A DNA stretch of 64,000 bases from Entomortierella parvispora E1425. Taxonomy: Eukaryota > Fungi > Mortierellomycota. This document shows positions 12,699-24,784 of the stretch, piece after piece (positions within the stretch are counted from its first letter, which is position 1; each line of letters begins with the position of its first letter). A program made the translations under genes and the position numbers. Under the pieces are notes generated by a model. It was not told where the DNA came from and did no database searches. It saw nothing but the letters and a program-made list of their open reading frames with translations. The stretch spans positions 558,001 through 622,000 of the forward strand of contig BQFW01000008.1 in NCBI GenBank assembly GCA_020891255.1. Reading direction: 5' to 3'.

Positions 12699-15630
12699 AT
12701 GAAAGAAGTTCCGCCCAACGCCTGCGCCCGAATTAGCAGTCCAGATGCAAACGGACCCCAGAACCGGTCCAGAACCAAGAACTCAACAGTACTTCACAGC
12801 AGCATTGACAACAGGAATGGCAATGGCAAGACCCATTCACCTACAGCACCTAATCGGCCAGGCAAGGACAACAGTCAAGAAGACGATTTTTTTGCCGCGT
12901 CTGGTCCCCCTGTCCACCACCTGCCTGTCCGGAACATGACCATCCAGTCGTTTTCGTCTCCAAGGACGCCGACACCGACGCGAAAGAGGGCAACCTCTCT
13001 GGTCCAGGAAAGGGACGGCGCGCAACTACTGGACGGGTCTTGCAGCGGTAGCAGCGGTAGCAAACCAACGGGCTTCTCCTCTTCCTTCGGTACTAGCAAC
13101 AGCAACAATAAGGACGACGGCCGGATAAAAAACCTTTTCACGACCACTCACAGCAATCTGACGACCACTACATCCACGACAACAACCACAACTACAACAA
13201 CTACTACCACCACAACGGCAGCAACAGCAGCATCCTTGGAACAGTCATCACAGGCCACGCGGCCCGCCGTATCTGTATCTGTATCAATACGGTCCTCCTC
13301 GCCATCATCAGCACCATCAACAGCATCCTCTTTGTCAATTGCATCAGTCAATTGGACTTCACCTATGCCTTCCGGAACTGGACGGAGCGGAAGTGGAGCA
13401 GCAGCGACAGCAAGCGGAGAAAGTATGACCAGCGGATCGGACAGAGCAATGTCACCCACGTCAGGTTGGAGGGTCGTGGCGCTCCATCAGCAACTTCATC
13501 GATCGACTCTCAACGCTGAATCCTCTTCGTCCGCTGCCACCTCCTCTTCTGCGGAGTCGGGCTTATTCGGTCTTAATGGGAATACGACCATCATCGGTCA
13601 CGCAAAGCCCTCCAACCAATGGAGCTCAACTCTCAACAACAACAACAACAACAACAACAACAGCAGCAGCAGCAGACGATTCGAGGTTGCGCTCAACAGC
13701 AGTAACGCGGCTTTCCCTCAGTCCTTTGGGACCAGTGGTAACAGCCATGGAAATGGTACGAGTGCAGGCTTGATGGTTCCTATGACACCATTGCACTCTC
13801 ATCAATATTATAACCATCAACAACACCATCAACAGAAGCAATTGACCTCTCTTTGGACGCAACCAACAACAGGAACAGCTGCGGATTCGCAGTCGGCAGT
13901 GACCACACTGCCCGGAAGTGGATTTTTCCACTCGGATTCGGATGCGGCAAGCTTGGATCAAGTTCAGGATGGTCATAGCGGAGTGATCATGGCTCTTCCT
14001 GGTCCAGGATTAAACTCGTCCACAGGCAGTCTCAGCGCCATGCCCTCCTCACCCACGCACGGTCGCGGCACCGGTGGAAGAGGATACTTTCACCGACTGA
14101 ACAACTCCATGTCGGCCCTGGCATCTCAATCGCTGGTCTCTCGTCTGTACAGTCATCGACCTCAGTTCTCAAGCATTGGAACCACCAATTGGTCCGTTGT
14201 CAGGTAAGGGGTCATTTTTTTTTCAATCCTCAGTGAAAGGGACGGGAGCGGAGGGAAGGGGCATGGACGAATCGAACCAAATCAACAATGGTGCTTGGGG
14301 CACAATGCACACGCACCGACCTGACATGGCCTGACCTTTGTGCGACAGTCCCATCTCCCCCCCCTTGCTTGCCTCCTTTCGGTCCGTCTTTTTCCTTATG
14401 TCAAACATGTCTTGGAAACTAACATCGTCATTTGATCGTGCTATTTGTTTGTTTTTTTTTCCTTTTTCTCAGGGTCGTGAATACCTGTCATCTGCTCTAT
14501 TTGATTCCTGTGACCACTATCACAGTAGGACGACTTCTCACGACAGAGTAAGTAACTCTGGTTGTCAACAATTGGGGAACCACAACAAGAAAAAAAGACA
14601 GAGACATGTGCGGATGACCGAACGCAGCTTCGAAAACTGACCTCCCCTCTCTCTCTCACTGACAAATCTTTTCTACCACCCAAAAAAAATAGGCTGATCT
14701 GTGATGAGCAATTGTTCAGTTGGCTTACGGTCCAGTCGTTCCTGTTCATGGCCCAGATTATCAGTGCTTGCTATATTCTTCAGAGGCAGACCATGTCGAC
14801 ACGGGTCACCATTCTGGATCAGCGGGCTCGAGTGCTCCTCCTCGTCTTTATGATCTGGACTGTAATTGGCGTCGGATTCTTGGGCGCAGATGGTCGCAGC
14901 TCTGAACAAGGACCTACCTGTGTAAGTTTGGATACGTCTTTGGACAAAGGATGTTTTTCCTGGTGTATATTGGCGTGTGAGCGAGAGCTTTCGATTGACT
15001 CCTTTCATTTCAAAATGCAGGTTGCTTCTGAAGACCCGATCTACAGTCTCGCGTTCAAGATCATTGCTTTCCACGTCTCCGTGATCGGATTCTATCTCTT
15101 GGTAAGCCCAATCTATTGCAGTCTATGTTCCAATCCTGTGCTCTTTTGACTAAACATTGGCTCTTTTGTTTTCTGGTTACCTACAGCCATGCAGCTCTTT
15201 CCTCCTCTCATACATTCTTCCTGGATCGATCTCTTCTGGAATGACAAGGACAGCCACAAAGCCCATGATTGACAAGCTTGGATCCATCCCCATGACGGAA
15301 GGGCTCTTTGGCACGGATCCCGAAGAGGCAACGTGTGCGATTTGTTTGGGCGATTATACTGTGGACGAGACAATCCGGTTTCTGCCCTGTCAACATCATT
15401 TCCATCAAGAGTGTGTGGACCAGTGGCTCTTGACGGACAAGAGCTGCCCGTTGTGTAAACATGATATCGATAAGCCCCTAGAGGCTGAACGGGCAGCTCA
15501 GGTCAACTCGAGGATGCAGCTTCAACAGCAACAGATTCAGCAATTGCAGCAGGGTGCAGGAAGTAGCAGCAGGAGCCATGATTGCGCGCTGACTATGCAC
15601 CCAAATGGCTTCCAAGTCATTGTCATTTAA
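12699..15630 (+). CDS. Membrane-bound RING-H2 E3 ubiquitin ligase, 777 aa: long S/T-rich disordered N-terminus, about 4 TM segments, C-terminal RING
   Basis: Exons 12699-14203, 14473-14547, 14693-14921, 15021-15101, 15187-15630 (2334 nt, in frame). RING-H2 motif CAICLGDY...LPCQHHFHQECVDQWLLTDKSCPLC. Confidence 0.88.
13635..13661 (+). repeat. (AAC)9 microsatellite encoding poly-Asn in the RING gene
   Basis: Read directly from the sequence. Confidence 0.9.
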
Positions 15631-15866
15631 CTTTCCAAGACGAAAAACAAAAAAAAAAAGAAAAAGAACCATCATCTCATCTTGTACCATGTAAATACCA
15701 TCCTTCCCACGTTCCCAGGAGCGTGTCTCCCTTCCAAGAGTGCAGACTTGTTAGTTTAGAACAAAAAGCAGCCCATCTCAATGTAGCTTATGAAAGAAAG
15801 AAAAAAAAAATTATCCATGACAGACACTACGGTAATTTGGCGGCAAGAATTAGCCCTGGGAAGTTT

Positions 15867-18800
15867 TTACTGGTTCTTTTTGAAGCTACTATAGAGGGCG
15901 GAGGCGACTTCGCCCTCGACCTTGCGAACATGACGCTCGACGGTCTTCAAACATCTCTCCAATTCCTCCAAGTCCAAAAGGGCGATTCCACCGCCACCGT
16001 TTCCGCCCACTCTGTTCGTGACCTTGGGTCTGTTTCCGAAAGAAGACGAGGAGGGCTGATCTGGGCAGCTGGATGAAGTCAAGATGGTCTGTTGTTGTTC
16101 CCAAGTTCGAGAGCCGAGACTTTGATCCCAATGGCCCTCCAATCCCCTCCAGAAGGCCTGCTCCTCGCGCTCGAGTCGCTCACGCTCATGTTCGTCCTCA
16201 ACAGTGAGACGGATCCCAAAGACAGGACAATTCGCTGGCGGCGTTGGGATGATCAAAGGAGTAGGACTAGGTGTCGCGGAAGCTGTACTAACGGAGCTGT
16301 TACGATGGCAGCAGGTTGTGTCTAACTTTTTGTCTGTGGAGACGGTCAAGTTGAACAAATGGGCGGGAAGCTCTGAGGGAAGAGGGTCGCGCTGCAACCC
16401 CGGAGCAGAGTAGAGAATGTCGTCTTCTGGAGATCGGATAGGGATATAGGACGGTGGTGAACGTGCCTTACCCTTGTCCACCAAAGATGGGAAAGGACTT
16501 GATTCGGACAAAGGCAAGGTCGTGGAGAGTGAATGACCGTCTCCCTTCTTGCTCTTGATCGATGACTTTCTGCCTAGTCGCCATGCTTGGAAGATCGATT
16601 TGAACGAGCGGTTTGCTGGAGAGGACTTGTTCTTGCTGTTCTTGGGAGACATCCTACCCCTTCTCGACGTCGCAGAAGGCCGTCTCCTAAGTCCTGAAGC
16701 AGCCCCTGAGGACCCAGCTTCCGATGAAGCGGCCCACCAAGCCTCTTCGTCTGACGTCCGGTGCGGCTCAATACTCAATGAATGGTTCAGCTTCGGTCTC
16801 TCTGCCTGCCTAGGAGATCTGATTGCCGTGGCTGAAGTCCTTGGAGGCGTTTGTCTGCGCTTCATCGACGCCTCCTGCTCTGCAGCTTGTCTCTGGGCCG
16901 CTTCACGGTGCAACTTTTTGAAGTTTTCCTGGGCTCTCTCAATCTGCAGCAATCTGTGTTCTTCTCGATCCCAGGCAATCTCTTGACGCGCTGCAATCGC
17001 CTCGGATAACTGAGCTGGTGTCAAGATCGTAGCGCCGGATTCCAAAAGAACCACCATGTTTTGGAGGGTCTTGCTCACACTTACCAAAGCTCGCAAGATC
17101 GCGGCTGTAGCCGTAGAGGAAGGGTCTGTGTTGAAGTCGGTACCATCATTACTGTTGTCATCAGAGCTGCTGCTGCTGCTGCTGCTATCGCTGGGGATGG
17201 CAGGAGCAAGTTCACTTGGTGCACTTGGTTGGGGGTCCTCGGAAAGCGCGGCCAAAGAGGACGGCACCTCAAAGTCATAGATGAAAGACTCGCCAAACTG
17301 GTCAAGTGACTCGAGCTCATGAAGCATCCAGGCATCATCGTTATTCTCGTCTTCACTGCTGCTGCTGCTTCTGCCATCGTTTCCACCAAAACTCATGAAG
17401 GTGCCTGTGGCGCTATTGGTTGAGGATGATGATCCTCCTTGAGAAAATGACACTCTCAGGTCGCTACGGGAGGAAGAGGCTGATGGGGAAAGATTTTTCA
17501 ATGGACGCAAAGTCTCGATGCTGGCCACAGAGACAGATGAGGACAATGTGGCGGCGGTGGTCGAGGGAGCTTTGGTGTCCAAGGAGGCGATCGTGAGAGT
17601 GTCCTTGCAGTCAGTGAGTGTCGTTGCCATATCGCTATTCTTCCTTGATTCGTGTTTAAGCGATTGTTGGAACTGAGTCCAGCTGCGCGTATGGACGCGT
17701 CGGGAGACAGGGACGAGTTCTCCCCCTCTCATGGGTGGTCCACTACTGCCACTGCCTGAGCCGCAAGGGCCACTGTCTCTATTTCTTTCACCGTGAAGCA
17801 TATTCGGGCGCTGGAGATACGGCAGCGACAAGGTGGAGGAGGATGACATATAGAATGTCACGCTTGTGGCCGGAGAATCTACAGATGGCATCGAAGGCGG
17901 GGGTGTGAGAGAGAGAACCTCCTTTGTAGCAACGCCGTCCTTGGATCCCTTACCCATCTTGAACTTTGAACGAAAACTTTGATAGCCGGTGCCTTTGGCC
18001 TCCGCATTCGGGTTGAATGAAGAGGATAAGGATGATGCGCCATCGCTGCAAGAGCAGGTCGGTGTCGTTGGCACTGGAGGACCTTGCTGAAAAGTCATAA
18101 ACTTTGACGGGACGGTCAATTCCAAAGCAAAAGCATGGTTCACGATCGGCCACGGTGCGGGATATTTGGTCGAGTAATCCAGTGAAAGAGTTGAAATGCT
18201 CGAGTCCGAGCTGGGTGGCCCGTCCTCTCCAGAGTCACGGCTTCCATTGCCATTTCCCGTCCGGTTGGCTCCATCAAAAACGGGCGGTGAATTTTTCGTT
18301 CCAAAAAGAGCGCTGCTACTTCGTCGCAAGGACCCAGACAGCCTTTTGGCGATGGTCGACAACATGTTTTTTTCGGGCTTTGGTTGCACTATAGGCGGGG
18401 GAGGCGTGCGACCGCCCCCACCCATGTGCCAAAATGTGCTTGGAGCCGCTTCAACAAAGGGTGCCTGCAAGTTTTCTTCATAATTGGGCAAAAAGCCTGC
18501 ATGGCTCCAATTCAAAACCGCCAAGACCGTTCCATTCCTCCTGCTGTGTTGACGCGAGGCTACAACCCAAGAGACCGGCTCCAAGGGTGCACCATGTGAC
18601 AAAACACATTCAACTCCTTCAAAAATATCCTGTGGTCTGAACGCAAGCAAAATCTCCTCCATTCCCTGGGTGGCGACTGTCCTTCGGCGCGGCAAGACGA
18701 CAGAGTGCACAAAAAGGAGTTCGTCATGAACTAGGGCTAAGATTCGAGGCAGCAGACGGAAAAGCGCCGTTGGGAACCTAGAATTAGACCCAAGAGCCGA

Positions 18801-20436
18801 GTCTAATCTCTCCAATGCCACCAGAGCATTCCAGAGACGAATTTGTTCATGTTTTGAAACTGAACAAGCTGGACCTGTAGTGGAATCGGGGCCGTCAATA
18901 CTGTCCGGGCCTGGCGTGATGAACTCCATGGGCCAGGTCAAGACATTCTCAGTCGACCACTCAAACAACTCGGCGTCTTGCGAATCATCGTCACATTTGG
19001 TTGGCTGCTCTGCAGGCGATCGCCCGTCTGTAGCTTTTCCCTTGCCTTTGTTGACAGCGGACGGTATATCTTGTGAGTTCTTCCTCCATGGCCCCACATG
19101 AAAGATATCGATGACTGACTTGCGAGACTTTTGTGACTCTGATCCCGAAGCAGCTGTCTTGAGACTATCAGGCTCCCTCAATGAGGCTGCCAACGGCCGC
19201 AAAGCCGCCTTTCCTGAGGGTGTGTGTGGGCGGGAACTCTGCTGTCGAGATGACACATGACGGTTTGTCGGTAAAGAAGGTGTGTACCTGCTCTCGCGAA
19301 CTTGTCCTGCCCCAGTGAAGGAGCTTTTCTGGCTGCGCCGACTGGAGTACACAGTCATATCTCTGTCAAAAGCCGAGGACACTGAAGTGGACGACGGCGT
19401 TGCGGACGATCGCTTGGATAGAGTGATACTACAACTGCCCCTGATGCTTTTCGCTAGCGACGTTGGCGAGGTTGGCTTCTCGTCTTTGGACTCTTCTTCA
19501 CTGCTGGACTCTCTCGACAAAGTCTCCTGGGTGGCTACTAAATCAGCAGCTCGAACCATGTGGCGGAGCGGCGAGCTGGGCTCTCGCTTTGGCCGATGGA
19601 GTGGGTGCTGCGCCTCGGGATCGTCAATGTTGAAATGGGGTAGTGGACGGCCGCCTCTGGACAATAGATGTCGGCCCTTGCGTCGCAGGATACCAGAAAA
19701 AGTGGGACGCTGATCTGCAGAGTAGCTGGTGGACGGAGATAATGGTCTGGATGAAGACGTCGATGATGACGCAGACGGAACTGTTGCGGCATCATCCGTA
19801 GCACGAAGAGCGTCGATCACCAAATCTATGTGGATGATCAGGTCGTTTTTAGCTTTTTGCCACTAATTCACCCTCCTTGCCACCAACATGGTGCCTACGC
19901 CACCAATTTTGCCACCAAACAGTTTCATGCTTACCAAATCTCGACCGGATTTCCAACGGCTTTAAACCTGGATCCCCACTAGCGACGTCGCCTGTGCTCA
20001 TCTGATGCAATTGCGTCTTCAGACTGATGCGTTTGTCGCTTGCTGCTGCTCTCACCGCTGTTTCCGGAACCGAAAAGCTCGAAATCTGGTCCATTGTGAT
20101 CTTTCTCATTTCGTGCACCATCTAAAAAAAAAGTAGGGTCGTTAAGAGGATGGTTGGTCATGAGAGAATATCGGAAATGAGACAATGCTATTCCTACCTT
20201 TGCGACTTGCTTGTTGAAATGCTTATGGGCTTGCTCCGTGAGTCGGCATTCTCTTGAGGGTCCTTGATAGAGAATACCTTCCTTCGGGAACTCGGCGAGG
20301 ATACAGCCCAAGAGTCCAAAGCCCTCCAATATTTGAGTCGTGGGTCGGCTCTGACCATGGTGTGCAAAGCCCATAAGTTTTGTAGAAAGTACTCTCGAGC
20401 TATAGGGAAGAGATGTTCCAGTTAGCAACAAGGATC

Positions 20437-20468
<32 letters not shown>

Positions 20469-21389
20469 CGAAATCAATTACCAATTCTCCTGTACCCATT
20501 GCATGGCCCCAATCTCGTTTTCCATCGCGCGCTGGACCATGGTCTTTAAAACATCCCTTTTACCCCCTACTGCGATAGTGGCCGGATGTTGGAACGGACA
20601 CTGCTCAGGATAGAGTGTCAACAAGAACTTTGTTGGCTCTTCCTCTTCGTCCGGCTCTGGCTCCTCTTGTTGCGATCCCGCCTGACCACTTCCAGAAGCT
20701 CCACTGCCACCATTCCTGCTGTTTTGAGATGGCTTGGTTGGCAAAGAGTATGGATCTACGGTCGAAAGAATAAATCGTCTCGAGAGCAAATCACGATCAC
20801 TGTTGAACTGGACTCTTCGATTGCGCTGCATTCCTAGGGATTCATCCGAGACTTTAAAAGGATCCAATATGATATCCCTGCTGTGGCCACCGTCGGAATG
20901 AAAACCGCTCAATCCCCTGCCAATCTCTTCCTGAGAATTTTCACGGTATGGCTGCTGCAAGAGCTCCTGAACGAATCGTATCATGATTCTGTTGTCCATA
21001 TGAATCGCTGGAGACGCCGTTATAGGTGAGGGAATGCTGGTCACTGAAGGGGGTGACGAAGAGGAAGACGACTCGACTGATGGCTTTTTGACAGAACAGC
21101 CGGGACTCAAAATAGTCAAGCCGCCTGTGCGATTTCCATGCTGATGCTGATATGGTTCCGATCGGGTTGAACTGCTTGGGCTGTCGGGATCGTTGGAAGA
21201 ACAAAATGAAGAGGCGGAACTGTTGACGGCGGAGGATGATGCTCCTGGTACAAATTTGAGCACGCGAAGTAACTGGGTCACTTTTTCAGGTGTTGGCTCC
21301 ATAGGACGTTGCGCTGCCGGAAAATCAGGGTCGCGGTTGGGGTACATGCGAGGGTCCAAGAGTTTGGACACGATGACCGGTGGGGCCAT
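15867..21389 (-). CDS. Large low-complexity protein, 1751 aa; candidate APH/choline-kinase-like pseudokinase
   Basis: Exons 21389-20482, 20399-20198, 20121-19935, 19825-15867 (5256 nt, in frame) join four separate ORF-track entries. The gene model is well supported; the domain call is motif-level inference (see findings). Confidence 0.75.
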
Positions 21390-22186
21390 CTGGGCTTTGT
21401 ATCTGATATCTGCTTTTTTTAATGTTCCTTGCCTGTCAATAACTGGAGAAAATAATGATGAAAGAGACAGATGGGGGAGGGGGGAAGGGAGAAAAAGTGA
21501 CGGAGGACAAGAATGAGGAACAAGGGAGGCCGATGTTGTATTTGGTCCGCGTGTCTAAAGCGGAAGAGAAGAAAGAGGAGAAAGACGGGGAGGAAAGAAA
21601 GAGTGGAGTTGGATGCGATATATGGAGGAAATGCTGGATGTCCCTTGTACTCAACTCGTTTTATGAACCAGGCTTTAACCTCCCTATAAAGGTCTATGTT
21701 GTCGCGTAGCTTTCCTTCCAAAAGGAACCATGGAAGAACAAAAAGGGTCTGGAGTATCAATAACGAACGACCAGCACTCTTTCAGCATCATAAAGAAGCA
21801 TCTTTCAAACGGCGAAAGAACATTGATTGTCATACATCGAGAGAGATGACCGCAGTATCTGAAAGAACCCTTGCTTTGTTTTCGGCCTTTGCCTTTTGCT
21901 TCGTGCTGCAAAGGAATCACAGAAACAAGGTAACCTAGAACCTGATCCAAAGCTGTATACCTTAATTTTGAAAACCGCCACCCATTGACCTCAATGTAAT
22001 GATTGATATGGAACGTAATGTGTATTATTTGAACACTGTTATACAAATGGAAGAGTAAAGAGATGATACAAGCTACTGAACAAAAGAAAAGAAGAAACAA
22101 GCTGCTTTCTACAAAAAAAAAAAAAACACAGAAAATATAGAACAGAAGTAGGAGAAAATGAACTAACTAAAACTTTCGACGCCTCC

Positions 22187-24784
22187 TTAACAACTCCAAC
22201 CAAGCCCTGCCAAAACACTGGCGCACTCGAGTTCGTCCAGGTTGAGGTCCCGAGGGACACGGGCAGGAGGGCTCGGGCTGGAGATGCGACTGCCAGGATG
22301 ACTGTGGCTGGGCTTAATATCTGCGGAAGCGTGAGATACGACAGTCTTGCGAGGGGAGGAAAATGTGGTCGAAGTGGGTGGGAGTCCAGACCCCAATTCA
22401 CCATATCCGCTCCAGGTCCTGTTTCGCTCCAAAGTTGGGCCGTCTGGCCCATCAAGAGAGTGACCACCAAAGTCCCGGACGGCTGAAGGTGATGATCCAG
22501 CAAGGGATAGAGTCGATAGGGAAGTCTTCAAGCTCTTGGTGCGAGAGTCCATGTTTCTGTAATGACCCTCCCGCCCTGGCTGTAGAGAGAGGTGATGTGC
22601 GACAAGGCGATGGCGACTATTGGGTGACTCGAATGTACCCCGCGTAGGCGTCAGAGTCAAACGCTTCTTGACATGTGCGCTCTGGGCGAGGAAATCCTCT
22701 TCGTCTGTCTCATCTCCGTCCTCAGATTCCTTGTCTCCGCCTGCCAAGGTCGTCAAGGAAGTTGATGGGGCGGGAGAGGCTCGAACACGGCGCTTTCGAG
22801 CCTGTCTTGAAGGAGGACTAAGAGCGTCATCTGTGGCGTCTTCGTCCGTCTCCGAGTCAAAGAGATATTTCCCAATCGACAGTCGACGGGCTCGGACAGC
22901 TGTTTGTCCCAGCCCAGAGCGAGACGAGGGTCGGTAGAGAGGGAGAGCCCGACGATCAGCGACCTGCTGTTGAAGTTGACGACCCCACTGAGAAAGATTT
23001 GTCATTGAAGTCGAGATTGTTGAGGATGACGTTGATGGCGAGCGATATCCAGAGGTGATGTTGTTACTGTTGTACATTCCTTGACGTTTGCTGGCATTGG
23101 ACAAGGAGGATTGCCGAAAGTTGGTTGATGAGTGTGGAGGGGTCTGGTAATGTTGATGTTGTTGTTGCTGGCGGTTGATAACTTGCTCCATGAGTGACAT
23201 TGTTCGAGGATAGAGCGAAGGTCCGTGGGGGTAGTAAGATGAAGATCCGTGGTTGGACTCTGGCCGATGCTTCCGACCGCTACTGGTCTTGCTGATGGAT
23301 CGGTGGTGGAATTGCCCATGTCCTCCACTACTACCAGGGAACTTGATAGATGGTGTTGACATGGATCGGCTTGGAACAGGCAGACACGCCGTCATGGACT
23401 GAGACGTGCCAGAGAATGTCGGGTTGAGGACAGGCTTGTTGGAGGTGTCTGCCCAGAGTGCCATAGGTGGATTCAGCCCTTGTCCTGACCGTTTTTTAGC
23501 CTCCTGCAGCAACATGCTCAGATGCATGTCGGCTGTCTTTGAGTCCACAATCCCAGGAACAACGGGAGCAGGCGTCTCCTTCTGATCGACATCCTGCTTG
23601 ACCTTTTCATCACCACTCGACACGGCGGAAGACAAAATCTGGCGCAGGGACAACTCAACGGCCTCAGCCTTGATTACCGGCTCCGACTGGGTAGAGTCAC
23701 TATCAGTCGACTCTCTTGGCTGGGACAAAGGCTTGCAAGGAGAGACCGAACGCAAGTGGGGGTCCTCGTGGCGCGGAGGAGTAGGCAGAGGCGAGACAAT
23801 TGTTGGCAGCGATGAGCAAGTTTCTGCCCTTAAAAACGTCGTAGAGTCTGCAGATGGGTGAAGGACGGGAGAGACAGAAATGAGGTCGGAGCAAGACTTG
23901 GATGCCTTCTTTGAGAATTGTCTCGGTCCACCCAAAGGCGACAACAGCGGGGATGGGGACAGGAGGACAGACTCCCCAGAAGATCGACGATACATGGAAT
24001 CGTGCAATTCACCCTCGGACCTGGAGCTATCTTCTTCAGAGCCGGTATGATGGGTGCCGCCTCCGTTGGAACAAACAGACTTCTTCCTCAAAGTCTGACG
24101 GCGGTTTTGGAACCAAATCTGCACGGCACGGACGCTCATCCCAAGTCTCTCTCCTAGTTCCTGTCGAACGGCAGCATCTGGCAGTTGGTTCCGGGCAAAG
24201 GCGTCTTCAAGAATATCCAACTCTTCCCGGTTCGTCCTCCTTCGTCGCTTGCGAGGGTGCCTCTCGGGCGATGTGGCGTCAAAGTGGGAAGGCAAGGCGT
24301 TGACCCAGTTCAGAGTCTTTTTAGGGGTCGAAGGCGAGGTTTGATCGAAAGGGTGGAGTGAGGGTGACTGTTGGCCGTGTGGTTGTTGCAGCTGTAGGGT
24401 GAGCGTTGGTCGGGGCTGAGGAAGATCGATGTCCTGTTGTTGCTCTTGTTGTTGTTGTGGCTGCGATGGTTGACACTCTGTATCTGAGAGCGGGTACGAC
24501 GAGGGCTCTTGAAGACAGTCCTGGGATTTTTGTGAAAGAGGAGGCGACATGAGGACGTCGTGATGGCGATGAGTTGATCGGACGTGCTTTGGGATCTCTT
24601 CTTCGTCCGTGAACGAGTCGGACCTTTGAGGAATGCGGGGTGAAGGTGTGGGAGATGACATTATGATGTGGTTGTGGTGAGGGTAGGGATGAGGCGGTGT
24701 TGGTGGACAGGCACCAGAGTCATGCGAGGGGGAGGAGGGGATGGGGAAGACGAATGGCAACGAGGATGGAGGGGATGCACTCAT
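22187..24784 (-). CDS. Homeodomain transcription factor (Yox1/Yhp1-like, Q50), intronless, up to 865 aa
   Basis: Homeodomain RKRRRTNREELDILEDAF...LGMSVRAVQIWFQNRRQ. The true start could be a downstream Met (MSSPTPS). Confidence 0.9.
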   Translation of the reverse strand: MSASPPSSLPFVFPIPSSPSHDSGACPPTPPHPYPHHNHIIMSSPTPSPRIPQRSDSFTDEEEIPKHVRSTHRHHDVLMSPPLSQKSQDCLQEPSSYPLSDTECQPSQPQQQQEQQQDIDLPQPRPTLTLQLQQPHGQQSPSLHPFDQTSPSTPKKTLNWVNALPSHFDATSPERHPRKRRRRTNREELDILEDAFARNQLPDAAVRQELGERLGMSVRAVQIWFQNRRQTLRKKSVCSNGGGTHHTGSEEDSSRSEGELHDSMYRRSSGESVLLSPSPLLSPLGGPRQFSKKASKSCSDLISVSPVLHPSADSTTFLRAETCSSLPTIVSPLPTPPRHEDPHLRSVSPCKPLSQPRESTDSDSTQSEPVIKAEAVELSLRQILSSAVSSGDEKVKQDVDQKETPAPVVPGIVDSKTADMHLSMLLQEAKKRSGQGLNPPMALWADTSNKPVLNPTFSGTSQSMTACLPVPSRSMSTPSIKFPGSSGGHGQFHHRSISKTSSGRKHRPESNHGSSSYYPHGPSLYPRTMSLMEQVINRQQQQHQHYQTPPHSSTNFRQSSLSNASKRQGMYNSNNITSGYRSPSTSSSTISTSMTNLSQWGRQLQQQVADRRALPLYRPSSRSGLGQTAVRARRLSIGKYLFDSETDEDATDDALSPPSRQARKRRVRASPAPSTSLTTLAGGDKESEDGDETDEEDFLAQSAHVKKRLTLTPTRGTFESPNSRHRLVAHHLSLQPGREGHYRNMDSRTKSLKTSLSTLSLAGSSPSAVRDFGGHSLDGPDGPTLERNRTWSGYGELGSGLPPTSTTFSSPRKTVVSHASADIKPSHSHPGSRISSPSPPARVPRDLNLDELECASVLAGLGWSC

